A stretch of DNA of 32,000 bases from Halalkalibacterium halodurans (GTDB lineage: Bacteria; Bacillota; Bacilli; Bacillales; Bacillaceae_D). Made by a program: the position numbers and the translations under genes. Positions 10,301 through 19,529 of the stretch are shown in pieces (the stretch's first letter is position 1; each line of letters starts with the position of its first letter). Under the pieces are notes generated by a model. The model ran no database searches and was not told where the DNA came from. It saw only the letters and a list, made by a program, of their open reading frames with translations. The stretch spans positions 14,056-46,055 of the forward strand of contig NZ_SNUY01000029.1 of the NCBI RefSeq assembly GCF_004376175.1, read 5' to 3'.

Positions 10301-10330
10301 AAAAAAGCGACCCAAAATTGAGCCGCTTTT
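10301..10330 (-). terminator. Rho-independent terminator downstream of the asp23-family gene
   Basis: The minus strand reads AAAAGCGGC-UCAAUUUUGG-GUCGCUUUU followed by UUG. The stem is 9 bp including one G-U pair, followed by a U-run. Confidence 0.6.
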
Positions 10331-10337
10331 TGAGCCA

Positions 10338-10736
10338 TTATTTAGTTTCTTCTTCTCCATCGACTGCTTCAAAATGCACGCCGACAATATGAACGTTTAT
10401 GGATTGTAGCTCAATGGCAGTCATAGTTTGCAAAGCTTGTTTGATGTTTTGTTGAATTTTCTTCGCCACTTCTGGAACGGATACTCCGTAAAGAATAATG
10501 ACGGAAACATCAACGATAATCCCCTCGTCATTCAAATCAACCTTTACACCTTTGCCATGATTTTTATAACCTAATTTCTCTGCCACTCCTGCTGCAAAAT
10601 TGCCCCTCATGGTGGCGACCCCTTCAACTTCTGAGGCTGCAATCCCAGCGATTACTTCAATGACCTCTGGTGAAATTTCCACCCTGCCTAAATCTGTTTT
10701 TTGCTCTTCTAGGTCTAACAGATGGTTCTCGTTCAT
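10338..10736 (-). CDS. yqhY: Asp23/Gls24-family envelope stress protein (YqhY-like)
   Basis: The 132-aa ORF reads GRVEISPEVIEVIAGIAASEVEGVATMRGNFAAGVAEKLG, typical of Asp23/DUF322. It sits between accC and nusB, as in B. subtilis. Confidence 0.9.
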   Translation of the reverse strand: MNENHLLDLEEQKTDLGRVEISPEVIEVIAGIAASEVEGVATMRGNFAAGVAEKLGYKNHGKGVKVDLNDEGIIVDVSVIILYGVSVPEVAKKIQQNIKQALQTMTAIELQSINVHIVGVHFEAVDGEEETK

Positions 10737-10765
10737 CCTTTACACCTCCATTGGAATGGACCTTA

Positions 10766-12124
10766 CTATTTGCTCTCCTCCATGATGTTATAAATCTCTA
10801 AAAATTTCGTGTTGAAATCTCCAGATACAAACGTTTCATGGTTTAGCAAGCGCAAGTGAAACGGAATGGTCGTCTCAATTCCCTCTACCTCAAACTCTGC
10901 AAGTGCTCGCTTCATTTTTGCAATCGCCTCGTCCCTTGTCGCTCCGTGTGTGATCACCTTAGCAATCATGGAATCGTAAAAAGGAGGAATTGTATAGCCT
11001 GGGTATGCAGCAGAATCGACCCGAACTCCTAGTCCACCAGGTGCTAAGTAGCTTTTTAATTTACCTGGAGATGGCATAAAATTTTTCTCTGGGCTTTCTG
11101 CGTTAATCCGACACTCTATCGACCAACCATTAAATGTAACGTCTTCTTGTTTGTAGGACAACGGCTTCCCTGAAGCTACTTTGATTTGCTCTTTAATCAA
11201 GTCAATTCCCGTCACCATTTCTGTCACTGGATGCTCAACTTGGATTCTCGTGTTCATTTCCATAAAGTAGAAATCACCATTATTATGGTCATAAATAAAC
11301 TCAACGGTTCCTGCCCCCGAATAGTTGACGGCTTTCGCTGCAGCAACAGCGGCTTCCCCCATCTCCTTACGCTTCTTCTCTGTAATTGCAGGAGACGGTG
11401 TTTCCTCTAATAGCTTTTGCAATCTTCGCTGAATCGAGCAGTCCCGTTCCCCTAGATGAATTACGTGACCGTGGTTGTCGGCAAGCACTTGAATTTCAAC
11501 ATGACGGAAATCTTCAATGTATTTTTCAAGGTAGACACCAGGATTCCCGAACGCTGTTGCGGCTTCTTGTTGGGTAATGTTAATACCTTTTCGCAATTCC
11601 TCTTCATTACGAGCGACGCGAATTCCCTTACCCCCACCGCCTGCTGTAGCTTTAATGATGACTGGATAACCGATTTGTTCCGCTACTGCTAAGCCGTCTT
11701 CCACACTCTCGATGATTCCTTCTGAGCCTGGGACGATTGGAACGCCGGCACGTTTCATTGTTTCTCTTGCCACGTCTTTCGTTCCCATTTTGCTAATCGC
11801 ATCCGCACTAGGACCTACAAAAGTAATGTTGCATTCCCCACATATTTCAGCAAAATCGGCGTTCTCTGCTAAAAATCCATATCCAGGGTGAATCGCATCC
11901 ACTTCAGTTAAAGTCGCTACACTCATGATATTCGTGAAGTTTAAATAGCTTTTTGCAGATGGCGTCGGTCCAATGCAATAAGCTTCATCCGCCATTCGTA
12001 CGTGAAGGGCATCGCGATCAGCTTCTGAAAAAACAGCCACGGTTTCAATTCCTAACTCGCGACAAGCGCGAATAATTCGAACGGCAATTTCCCCGCGATT
12101 GGCAACTAGCAGTTTCTTTATCAT
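10766..12124 (-). CDS. accC: Acetyl-CoA carboxylase, biotin carboxylase subunit
   Basis: The 452-aa ORF begins [31 protein letters not shown] and has an ATP-grasp glycine loop [13 protein letters not shown] and the motif [14 protein letters not shown]. Confidence 0.97.
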   Translation of the reverse strand: MIKKLLVANRGEIAVRIIRACRELGIETVAVFSEADRDALHVRMADEAYCIGPTPSAKSYLNFTNIMSVATLTEVDAIHPGYGFLAENADFAEICGECNITFVGPSADAISKMGTKDVARETMKRAGVPIVPGSEGIIESVEDGLAVAEQIGYPVIIKATAGGGGKGIRVARNEEELRKGINITQQEAATAFGNPGVYLEKYIEDFRHVEIQVLADNHGHVIHLGERDCSIQRRLQKLLEETPSPAITEKKRKEMGEAAVAAAKAVNYSGAGTVEFIYDHNNGDFYFMEMNTRIQVEHPVTEMVTGIDLIKEQIKVASGKPLSYKQEDVTFNGWSIECRINAESPEKNFMPSPGKLKSYLAPGGLGVRVDSAAYPGYTIPPFYDSMIAKVITHGATRDEAIAKMKRALAEFEVEGIETTIPFHLRLLNHETFVSGDFNTKFLEIYNIMEESK

Positions 12125-12136
12125 CCAAATCTCTCC

Positions 12137-12646
12137 CTACTTTTGCGGCTCTACTACAAATAGAGGTTGACCGTATTCCACTAATTCGCCGTTCTCCGCT
12201 AAAACTTCGACGATCTTCCCTTTCACTTCCGCTTCAATTTCGTTCATTAATTTCATTGCTTCCACGATACAAACAACAGTATTTTCGCTAACATTATCAC
12301 CGACCTTTACATATGGATCAGAATCTGGCGATGGTGCAACATAGAAAGTCCCTACCATCGGAGACGTAATTTTATGTAAGTTGTCAGTTGCTTTCGTTTC
12401 AGCCTCTTCCTTCACAGGCTCTGAAGCAGGGGCTGCTTGAACGGCTTGTCCCTTAGGTGGCTCTTGAACGGCCTGAACAACAGGGGCTGGAACTGGAGCG
12501 CTCTGAACAGGCTGTTGGTAAGCAACAGTCTCTCCCTGAGATTTTTTCAATACGAGCTTTAATCCTTCTTGCTCAAGCTTAAACTCGTCTAAATCGGATT
12601 GATCAACCGCACGGATCAACTCGCGAATTTCTTGTACTTTTAACAT
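12137..12646 (-). CDS. accB: Acetyl-CoA carboxylase, biotin carboxyl carrier protein
   Basis: The 169-aa ORF has a Pro/Ala-rich linker and the biotinylation motif [14 protein letters not shown]. Confidence 0.95.
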   Translation of the reverse strand: MLKVQEIRELIRAVDQSDLDEFKLEQEGLKLVLKKSQGETVAYQQPVQSAPVPAPVVQAVQEPPKGQAVQAAPASEPVKEEAETKATDNLHKITSPMVGTFYVAPSPDSDPYVKVGDNVSENTVVCIVEAMKLMNEIEAEVKGKIVEVLAENGELVEYGQPLFVVEPQK

Positions 12647-12770
12647 TAATCAGCTCTCCTCCATTTCTCGTTAGCCAACGTAATACGTTGTAAACTAAAT
12701 GATCACATGATTCATTATAGCATATCCACAATAAAGAAAGCGCTTTCTTACCAAGTGATTCACCAAACGT

Positions 12771-13124
12771 TTATTCTTCTTGCTCCTCGCCTTCTTCTTT
12801 CGTGATGGCGTCAAATTTGTATTGGCGGAACACAGGGAACTCTGATAAATTATCAGGAATTTTTCCGTTTTCCAAAAGAATAATTTTCACAATATTTTTA
12901 TTTCGTGCCATATGGTACTTTTCACCATATTCATTTTCAAGTGTATACCTTTTTAAGCTTTGATAATCTTCCTCTTGAATGGATACGGTGTAAGTCCCAC
13001 CTTCTGTTTCATACTCATGTTGAAAGCCTACCTCAAACTCAACAATTTGAATATGGTCGTTTTTTAAATTTCGGGTTTGTTCCAATACGGCTTTTGCACC
13101 TTCGGTTAGTTCAGACCATTCCAT
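12771..13124 (-). CDS. Hypothetical small acidic protein (117 aa), no family recognised
   Basis: The ORF is clean, with AAGGAGAG 7 nt upstream of the ATG and a TGgTATAAT extended -10 about 45 nt upstream. It has a Glu-rich C-terminus. I recognise no motif, and this gene is not in the B. subtilis template at this position. Confidence 0.55.
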   Translation of the reverse strand: MEWSELTEGAKAVLEQTRNLKNDHIQIVEFEVGFQHEYETEGGTYTVSIQEEDYQSLKRYTLENEYGEKYHMARNKNIVKIILLENGKIPDNLSEFPVFRQYKFDAITKEEGEEQEE

Positions 13125-13546
13125 GTCAATCTCTCCTTAGCTATAGGAATTACGCTGACCTATTATACCATGATGAAAAACGGAATGCATCCTCGCTTCG
13201 AACATCTCGTATTTTTATGCGAATTCTTCCTTTTTGATTGAGCTCAAAAGGCAGAAGCTAGGAGGGCGCCCCTCTTATACATATAACATTTGCCAGCAAC
13301 TCACGTTTTCCTCCTTGTTGTCAATTGATCTTTTTACGTCAAACGAGCAAAACGCAATGCACTCGCTAAAAACTGGGGCCAAACAACAGAGAGCAAGAAA
13401 TCGGTGAACCTACGTGACTGATCGTAGGATGTTCTCGGGAAATCGCTTTATGTTTGAGGCTTTGACTAAACCTCTCTAGTTATTCTTTCTTTAGGAAAGC
13501 TGGTTGGGCGCCTAATCGTTTGCTTTTTTTATACTTTTAATTCTTT

Positions 13547-15112
13547 GAATCAATTTCATAAAGCCTATCTCTTGAATCAGACAAGAATCCAATTTTCGTT
13601 TTATTGATTTTAAAAATGGATTTAAGCTGCTTGAATCATCTCCTTTTCGGAGAGTACTTTAGCTATGCGATCACACGCGAGTTTCGAACCGTTATAGACT
13701 AATTGTGTCAAATCAAAATGTACTTTTGCTCGTTTTCCTGTACGGTAACGAACATTATTTAATTGGAAGAATTCTTTAAGATAAGCGATGACGCGTTCGA
13801 CTGCACTTCTTTGCTTGTAAAGATTTTTCCAAGCTTTTGAACCACGGGCTGGCGCTGTATAGCGACGTAGATCCGTCGTGATTTTCACTTTATAGACTTT
13901 CTGACAGAGCGTATCTTCTGCTAGCGGACAGTCTTTACACTCTTTTGGACGTGTATACTTTAGTGTCTCGTAAGTTGGGTCATAACTATCATACCGATAT
14001 GAATGTTCGCGAACACAGGTAGGGGCAAAATACTTATCAAAGCCTACTGGTTCTGATTCATTCTTCTTGTTATAAGCAATAATGGACTGGGCACGGATCC
14101 GATAGATTTGTTCATAAATAGCGGGATAATCGTAACCTGCATCCAGTGTACTGTAAGAGATCGGAAGGATAGAAAGACGCTCATGAATGCCTTTTAATAA
14201 AGGGATTGCCGCTTTTCCATCATTTAGATTACCAGATGAGAATAGAGATTGAAGAATGTACTGACTTTTGGTTCCAACGGCTAAATGTCCTTTATATCCA
14301 AACCAATAAGCATTCTTTCCTTCACTATTTTTCTTAATGCCCCATTTAGGATCAGTTGGAACGGACGATCGTAATTCATTTAAAGGCGTATCAAGCTGAG
14401 ATTCAATGGGTTTCTCAAAAACTGACAGAGCTGCTTCGCGTTCAGCCTGTTCTTGAACCCATTTCTCTTGTTCTTCTTTTGATTTACGCCCACGTTTTTT
14501 GGGTTCTGGTTTCGCTTTTTCTACTTTCGCTGGCGCTTGATCACGAGCTTCAATATGAGTCGCATCGATGGCAATGGTGTCGTCCATGACAAATCCTTCA
14601 ATGATGGCTTGAAGAATCTGCGTTTCTTGAACACGTTCTAAAACATCTGATTCTTCTAATTTTGTGAGCATTCTTGAATAAGATGCTTCAGATGGAATCG
14701 CATCAGAAAGAAGGAATCCACAATCTAAACGGAACATGTAGTCATTCTTTAAACGTTTAATAAGATCTTTAATCGTAGGAATTCGTTCAAGAATTCTAGC
14801 TGTAAGTGAGTAAATCATCGCTGCGTAGTTTAGCTGAACAGGAGCACCATAAAGGGTTTTTTTCGATACAACAGCTAGAATCGGATCAACCTCAATTGTC
14901 GAAAATACCGCTTCAAAACGGTGGGTAGGTTCTAACTCATATAAATCTTGCAGGGCAAATAGGCTTCCTTGTCGTATAATAGTCATAAGGGAGTCTTCCT
15001 CCAGTCGTTAGTTTTGTGTGGTAACTTACTAATTCGACTTTTGGGGAGGTACTCCTTTTTTCGTGTCTTAAAAGCCTTACGAGACTAAGGGTTCAAATTA
15101 TGAAATTTACTC
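13547..15112 (-). mobile_element. Insertion sequence, IS4/IS5-superfamily (IS1182-like); boundaries tentative
   Basis: It contains the intact transposase ORF 13622..14986. The candidate terminal inverted repeats are GAATCAATTTCATAA (13547-13561) and the reverse complement of 15098-15112, GAGTAAATTTCATAA, matching 13/15. They are flanked by a direct CTTT at 13543-13546 and 15113-15116. The outermost IR bases are the mismatched ones, so the ends are uncertain. Confidence 0.55.
13622..14986 (-). CDS. DDE transposase (IS4/IS5 superfamily, IS1182-like)
   Basis: The 454-aa ORF has an apparent DDE triad in typical contexts: IAIDATHIEA, FGYKGHLAV..., LDAGYDYP and YKQRSAVERVIAYLK. A Lys/Glu-rich linker is also present. 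The ORF looks intact. Confidence 0.85.
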   Translation of the reverse strand: MTIIRQGSLFALQDLYELEPTHRFEAVFSTIEVDPILAVVSKKTLYGAPVQLNYAAMIYSLTARILERIPTIKDLIKRLKNDYMFRLDCGFLLSDAIPSEASYSRMLTKLEESDVLERVQETQILQAIIEGFVMDDTIAIDATHIEARDQAPAKVEKAKPEPKKRGRKSKEEQEKWVQEQAEREAALSVFEKPIESQLDTPLNELRSSVPTDPKWGIKKNSEGKNAYWFGYKGHLAVGTKSQYILQSLFSSGNLNDGKAAIPLLKGIHERLSILPISYSTLDAGYDYPAIYEQIYRIRAQSIIAYNKKNESEPVGFDKYFAPTCVREHSYRYDSYDPTYETLKYTRPKECKDCPLAEDTLCQKVYKVKITTDLRRYTAPARGSKAWKNLYKQRSAVERVIAYLKEFFQLNNVRYRTGKRAKVHFDLTQLVYNGSKLACDRIAKVLSEKEMIQAA

Positions 15113-15144
15113 CTTTACAAAAAATTTACTCTTTCTTATAAGTG

Positions 15145-15177
15145 AAAAAAGGGAGACGTTAGTACGCCCCCCCTTTT
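15145..15177 (-). terminator. Rho-independent terminator of the spoIIIA operon
   Basis: The minus strand reads GGGGGGCGU-ACUA-ACGUCUCCC followed by UUUUUU. The stem is 9 bp with two G-U pairs. It starts 8 nt after the spoIIIAH stop. Confidence 0.6.
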
Positions 15178-15184
15178 GTAACCA

Positions 15185-15820
15185 TTACTTAGAATCATTA
15201 TGATGTCCTACCGTTACAAGACGATCGGAACCTAGCTGTTTGCTCGCCATCACCATAATTTCGTTGGCTTGCTCAGCTGTAAGTTCTTCAGCTTGCACGA
15301 TGATACGTACTTGCTCTTCTTCGGCAAGAACGAGCACATCATCGTACCCTTGTGCTTTGATCAACGTTTCCAATGTAGCTTCTTGCTGGGAAAGCCGTTG
15401 CAGTTCTTGACTCTTTGTGAACGCCTCGCTCTTCATTTCAGCGGTAGCATCTGGAGAGCCCATAATGTTCGTGTAGTTTTCAGCCATTTCTTCACGAGAG
15501 GCGATCATTTGGTTACGAATCGTCGCAAACACTTCATTGCTTGCCACATTTGAAATCGAGCCAACGTCTGAATCTGTCTCAGCCTCTGCTCCCATCTCCT
15601 CGTCCTCTTCTACCGTCACCTCTTCGCCTTCACCTTCAGCATCCAGATCGATGTCCATCTCCTCTAGCTGCCTTTCCATTTCTTCCTGCATATCGTTTAG
15701 CTCCTCATCCGAGACAAACGCAACATCTTCGCCTCCAGGGGACATCATGTAGTAAGCAGAAAGAACGACAATTAAGCTAAGCATTGTTAACAACCACACC
15801 GTTTGTTTTTTCAACACCAT
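15185..15820 (-). CDS. spoIIIAH: Stage III sporulation protein AH
   Basis: The 211-aa ORF has an N-terminus MVLKKQTVWLLTMLSLIVVLSAYY, nearly identical to B. subtilis SpoIIIAH, followed by an acidic linker and a C-terminal YscJ-like region. Confidence 0.9.
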   Translation of the reverse strand: MVLKKQTVWLLTMLSLIVVLSAYYMMSPGGEDVAFVSDEELNDMQEEMERQLEEMDIDLDAEGEGEEVTVEEDEEMGAEAETDSDVGSISNVASNEVFATIRNQMIASREEMAENYTNIMGSPDATAEMKSEAFTKSQELQRLSQQEATLETLIKAQGYDDVLVLAEEEQVRIIVQAEELTAEQANEIMVMASKQLGSDRLVTVGHHNDSK

Positions 15821-15822
15821 TA

Positions 15823-16488
15823 CTATTCCTCCTTCGATTTCTTAGGCATAACAGACACCCGATGAGCTGGAACATCCAACACTCGACTGACCGCTTCAAC
15901 GACCATCCCTTTGACTTGGGCATTTTCAACGCCTTCCGCTACAATCAATACCCCGCGGACTTGCGGTTTTTCCTTTTGTACAAGAAGAGGCTTCTCTTGA
16001 TCCCCTTCTCTGACGATCACGACCTCCTCGTCTCGCGATACATCATCCACCTTCCGTGTTCCCCCTTCGCGATCGGTCTCATCGGTCTTTTGTTGCTTCG
16101 TGCTCGAATTTTTCTCATAAACCATTCGTTCCGTCTCTGCAAGGTTAATCATGACCGTTACATCTGAAATTCCTACAATTTGCTCCAAGCTCTCTTTGAG
16201 CTGATTTTCGTACTGAATTTCATATTGCTCCATTTCACTAGACTGACTGGAGGAGCGCTGACCGAATGTCTCCTGATCTTCTTGGCGATCGGTATCATCT
16301 TCTTGAAAAACAGGTGCTGTGTCTCCTTGATCATCATTAGGTGACAGCAAATTACCAACAATCATGAGCATTAACCCTATACAAAGAATGACGATCACAT
16401 ATTGAAAAGAGAACTTCCCCTTTTCTGCCCCTTTTTTATGAAATAATTTTTTCAACCACTGGCGATCTTGTTGTTCATCATGACCCAT
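15823..16488 (-). CDS. spoIIIAG: Stage III sporulation protein AG
   Basis: The 221-aa ORF has a single N-terminal TM and a C-terminal region of VRGVLIVAEGVENAQVKGMVVEAVSRVLDVPAHRVSV, typical of SpoIIIAG. Operon position supports the call. Confidence 0.9.
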   Translation of the reverse strand: MGHDEQQDRQWLKKLFHKKGAEKGKFSFQYVIVILCIGLMLMIVGNLLSPNDDQGDTAPVFQEDDTDRQEDQETFGQRSSSQSSEMEQYEIQYENQLKESLEQIVGISDVTVMINLAETERMVYEKNSSTKQQKTDETDREGGTRKVDDVSRDEEVVIVREGDQEKPLLVQKEKPQVRGVLIVAEGVENAQVKGMVVEAVSRVLDVPAHRVSVMPKKSKEE

Positions 16489-17128
16489 TCCCTTGCTCCC
16501 CTCCTTCCCATACCAACGAAATCATTTCCTCAGGGATTTGCCATACTTCGGCAAGATAATGAATGTACTTCTGATTCATTCGATCCTCCGTTGACACTGA
16601 CTGAATGTCTTCGGTCTTTGATGCCAGATCGATCTGAACCGGGGAAACGACTTCGATGCTAACGGATTCATCATCGGCCTCCTCTGTTAATAAAACGGTA
16701 ACCGATTGAACTTGATCGGGATGAAACCCCGATTCATAAGCGGTAGGTTCGATAACAACATCCACTGATTGAATTTGAACACCATACGTTTCACGGAACT
16801 CCTCCTCCACTTGTCTTTTTAATTGGACAGCCATCTGTTCAGAAATATATGCACGCATGTCGGATTCTATATCATCTTTTTTTGAATTCCAGTCCGATTC
16901 TACGGAAAGTTCTGATGTGCTCGTCGCTAAGGAAAGCTCTGCAAACCAAGTGTCTAAATCTTCCGTTACAATCGCTAAGACCGGTTGTAGCATCACAACT
17001 AGCAACAGCAAACCGACGACCATGCGCACATATCGTTGGAACATAGAGTTTGGAAGTAGCAGTTCCAAAATCGTTGCTAGCAAAATGAGTAAGATTAAAT
17101 TCGTTAACCAGTCGGTTAGAAAACCCAC
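16478..17128 (-). CDS. spoIIIAF: Stage III sporulation protein AF
   Basis: The 216-aa ORF starts at GTG with GGGGAGGA upstream. Its N-terminus FLTDWLTNLILLILLATILELLLPNSMFQRYVRMVVGLLLLVVML matches SpoIIIAF. It overlaps spoIIIAG by 11 nt. Confidence 0.9.
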   Translation of the reverse strand: MGFLTDWLTNLILLILLATILELLLPNSMFQRYVRMVVGLLLLVVMLQPVLAIVTEDLDTWFAELSLATSTSELSVESDWNSKKDDIESDMRAYISEQMAVQLKRQVEEEFRETYGVQIQSVDVVIEPTAYESGFHPDQVQSVTVLLTEEADDESVSIEVVSPVQIDLASKTEDIQSVSTEDRMNQKYIHYLAEVWQIPEEMISLVWEGGEQGNGS

Positions 17129-17155
17129 GTCGGTTCCTCCCCTTTGTAAGATTCA

Positions 17156-18358
17156 TTATCGAATCATCACCGATGCATTACCGGCCACAATCATTATCGT
17201 AATCGCGAGAAAAAACATTAAACAAACGACGGCCAGAGAAGCAAAAATGAAAATAATCGCCTTTCCGATAATCGATAAACAGTCCGTTATCGGACCTGCA
17301 CCTAACGGCTGTAAGATAGCGGCTGAAATATGAAAAATCACCGCTAGAGACAGAACTTTAATTGCTGGAAAAGCACAGAGCATAAGCAGGATTGCCAGCC
17401 CAGCAACACCGACGGTATTTTTTAAAAGAAGCGACGCACTCATGACCGTATCGGCAGCATCTGTAAACATCCGGCCAACAACAGGGACAAAGTTGCCGGC
17501 AATGTATTTGGCCGTTCGAACCGTAATGCCATCTGTCACGGCAGTTGTTGCCCCTTGAACGGAGATAATCCCTAAAAACACCGTTAAAAAGACACCAAGA
17601 ACTCCGACTGCGATCGTGCGTAAAAAGTTAGCCAATTTCGTTACTTTATAGTGATCGGTCATCGTGCTCACAATGCTTAAAACCGTAGAGATAAACAGCA
17701 AAGGTAAGACAAAATGGTGAATGACCATTCCACTCGTATTAACCATAAATACAATCAACGGATGAAACAAAGCCGCAGAGGTAATATTTCCGATTGCCGC
17801 CATCAGGGCAAGAAGAAGCGGTAAAAGGGCCACCATAAAATGGACCATGCTGGATATGGCTTCTTTCGTATAATCCATTGCCACGTGAAAGCTATTTAAC
17901 GCAATAAGCATCAAGACCATATACGTAATGGCATACGCCACTTTGCTAATCGTCTTTTGTTCAAATGCGTTTTGTAATGACTGGAGCATCACCGAAAAAA
18001 CAGAAAGCAAGATGATCGACCCGAGCAGCTTGCCGTTTACAAGCAATTCATGAAGCAAGTATTTTACAAGTCCCATTCCCCATTCATCTATGCGGAATTG
18101 CTTGTCCCCTCGTAGAAACTCCATCAATGATCCTTTTTGGCTTTCTGGTAAAAATCCGCCATATTCAGTCGCAATTTCATGCCAAAATTGTTGGATCTCC
18201 TCAATTTCTAAGCTTTCTATTTGCCTTTCAATAAAGGAGTCATTCAATGAATCAAGCTCATCGGCTCCAGAGGCGGCATTGGGAATGGTGAAGATAAAGA
18301 AGATTAGAATGGCGGTCATCGCCCAAAAATGTTTCGTCCTTCGCTTCATGACCCTCAC
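17156..18358 (-). CDS. spoIIIAE: Stage III sporulation protein AE (polytopic membrane protein)
   Basis: The 400-aa ORF has a signal-like N-terminus followed by multiple TM segments. Size and operon position match SpoIIIAE. Confidence 0.92.
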   Translation of the reverse strand: MRVMKRRTKHFWAMTAILIFFIFTIPNAASGADELDSLNDSFIERQIESLEIEEIQQFWHEIATEYGGFLPESQKGSLMEFLRGDKQFRIDEWGMGLVKYLLHELLVNGKLLGSIILLSVFSVMLQSLQNAFEQKTISKVAYAITYMVLMLIALNSFHVAMDYTKEAISSMVHFMVALLPLLLALMAAIGNITSAALFHPLIVFMVNTSGMVIHHFVLPLLFISTVLSIVSTMTDHYKVTKLANFLRTIAVGVLGVFLTVFLGIISVQGATTAVTDGITVRTAKYIAGNFVPVVGRMFTDAADTVMSASLLLKNTVGVAGLAILLMLCAFPAIKVLSLAVIFHISAAILQPLGAGPITDCLSIIGKAIIFIFASLAVVCLMFFLAITIMIVAGNASVMIR

Positions 18359-18362
18359 CTCC

Positions 18363-18743
18363 TTAAGTTCCCGCCGATGGTAATAACGAAAGGATCATTT
18401 CAATGACTGCGGTTAAAATCGGAATCGCCATCACCAAGATCATAACTTTTCCGGCAAGCTCAATTTTGGAAGCGATAGCAGCTTGTCCTGCGTCCTTTGC
18501 AATTTGTGCGCCAAACTCAGCAATGTACGCAATGCCGATAATTTTTAGCAACGTCTGAACGTACATCATGTTGATGTTAGCGTCCTTCGCAATTTGCTCC
18601 AACAAGGCAATGACTCGTCCAATATGATCAATTAAAAATAAGAAGATAAAAGCACCGACAAAAACGACAAGAAGAAAAGCGATCATTGGCTTTTGCTCTT
18701 TTACAACGAGGGCAAGGAAGGTTGCGATTAAACCTACGCCCAC
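18363..18743 (-). CDS. spoIIIAD: Stage III sporulation protein AD (start probably a few codons upstream, see findings)
   Basis: The segment IVGVGLIATFLALVVKEQKP...IIGIAYIAEFGAQIAKDAGQAAIASKIELAGK is collinear with B. subtilis SpoIIIAD. The track start is GTG at 18743. Confidence 0.9.
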   Translation of the reverse strand: MGVGLIATFLALVVKEQKPMIAFLLVVFVGAFIFLFLIDHIGRVIALLEQIAKDANINMMYVQTLLKIIGIAYIAEFGAQIAKDAGQAAIASKIELAGKVMILVMAIPILTAVIEMILSLLPSAGT

Positions 18744-18775
18744 AATTTGTATGATGTCAATCGCAACTCCCCCCT

Positions 18776-18988
18776 TTAACCTTGAAATAGAAAGACGCCT
18801 CGAATTTTTTGAAAGAGATCATCTACAATCGTCGCAACCATATAAAGGACGACGACAAACCCAATCAAGGTCACCCAATGGGCCCAATCCTCTTTTCCCA
18901 TTTGCTTTAACACTGTATGAATCATGGCAACTACAATACCAATACCAGCAATTTGGAAAATGGTATTTACGTCATAAGCCACGAACAT
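18776..18988 (-). CDS. spoIIIAC: Stage III sporulation protein AC
   Basis: The 70-aa ORF reads DVNTIFQIAGIGIVVAMIHTVLKQMGKEDWAHWVTLIGFVVVLYMVATIVDDLFQKIRGVFLFQG, nearly collinear with B. subtilis SpoIIIAC. Confidence 0.9.
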   Translation of the reverse strand: MFVAYDVNTIFQIAGIGIVVAMIHTVLKQMGKEDWAHWVTLIGFVVVLYMVATIVDDLFQKIRGVFLFQG

Positions 18989-19016
18989 TCCCCTCCTTAC
19001 ACAGGCATGCCTTCTG

Positions 19017-19529
19017 TTACAGCATCATTAAAATGATGAGCAATCCTGCGAGCACCCCGAGACTTTTCATCATCCGTTCATAGCGGTATTGCTTATCCCT
19101 CGCCTCTCCTTCTTCCCTCTCCAAATGGGCGAGGGTTAGGCGCACTTGCTTTTGTTGTTGCTCACGATCATGCTGTCCAAGAGTGGCACCGAATTGAAGA
19201 ATGACCTCTCGTTCACTCGCTAGCAAAGCAGTGTACTTCCACGTCTCATTGATCGCTGCTTCCCATGCATCATAAACCGTTTCTTCCTTTTCCTTAAGCC
19301 TATAGGAAAAGTGCTCGAATAAATAAGAGACAGGCTTCGGCATTTGTGCTGCAATATGTCCTGTTGCTTCTGCCAACGGTGTTAATCCGTAGACCATTTC
19401 TGCTTCTAACGATTGTAAAGCGACCTTCAGTTGCCGTAATTGACGAGGCCTTTCATGAAGGCGCCTTGCCAATTCAAACCCTGCCCATGTCGTTGCCATT
19501 AATATGAAAATTGCACCGAGAAGCTTCAA
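19017..19529 (-). CDS. spoIIIAB: Stage III sporulation protein AB
   Basis: The 170-aa ORF begins MKLLGAIFILMATTWAGFELARRLHERPRQLRQLKVALQSLEAEMVYG, SpoIIIAB-like. It overlaps the spoIIIAA stop by 4 nt. Confidence 0.9.
   Translation of the reverse strand: MKLLGAIFILMATTWAGFELARRLHERPRQLRQLKVALQSLEAEMVYGLTPLAEATGHIAAQMPKPVSYLFEHFSYRLKEKEETVYDAWEAAINETWKYTALLASEREVILQFGATLGQHDREQQQKQVRLTLAHLEREEGEARDKQYRYERMMKSLGVLAGLLIILMML

Noticed and set aside
15014-15027. 14-nt identity TTGTGTGGTAACTT shared between the IS 5' UTR (15014-15027) and 29696-29709 beside the IS30 remnant, each about 20-30 nt upstream of an ATG on the minus strand
   Set aside because: In 32 kb, one or two exact 14-mers are expected by chance. 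The flanking sequence does not align and the two transposases belong to different families.
15106-15122. 17-nt exact repeat TTTACTCCTTTACAAAA at 15106-15122 and 21058-21074, each about 20-35 nt downstream (minus strand) of an operon terminator. A nearby partial copy AATTTACTC lies at 15122-15130
   Set aside because: It is borderline. The motif is AT-rich, which raises the chance expectation, and there is no consistent promoter or RBS geometry: AAAGGAG is present but no start codon follows. The first copy also spans my tentative IS junction. It is worth a genome-wide count, but it is not supportable as a feature from this window alone.
16489-16700. Search for the internal sigma-E promoter reported inside spoIIIAF in B. 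subtilis. The best -10-like match is CATTCATT on the minus strand
   Set aside because: No acceptable -35 element lies at the required 14-nt spacing, so the match is not better than background.
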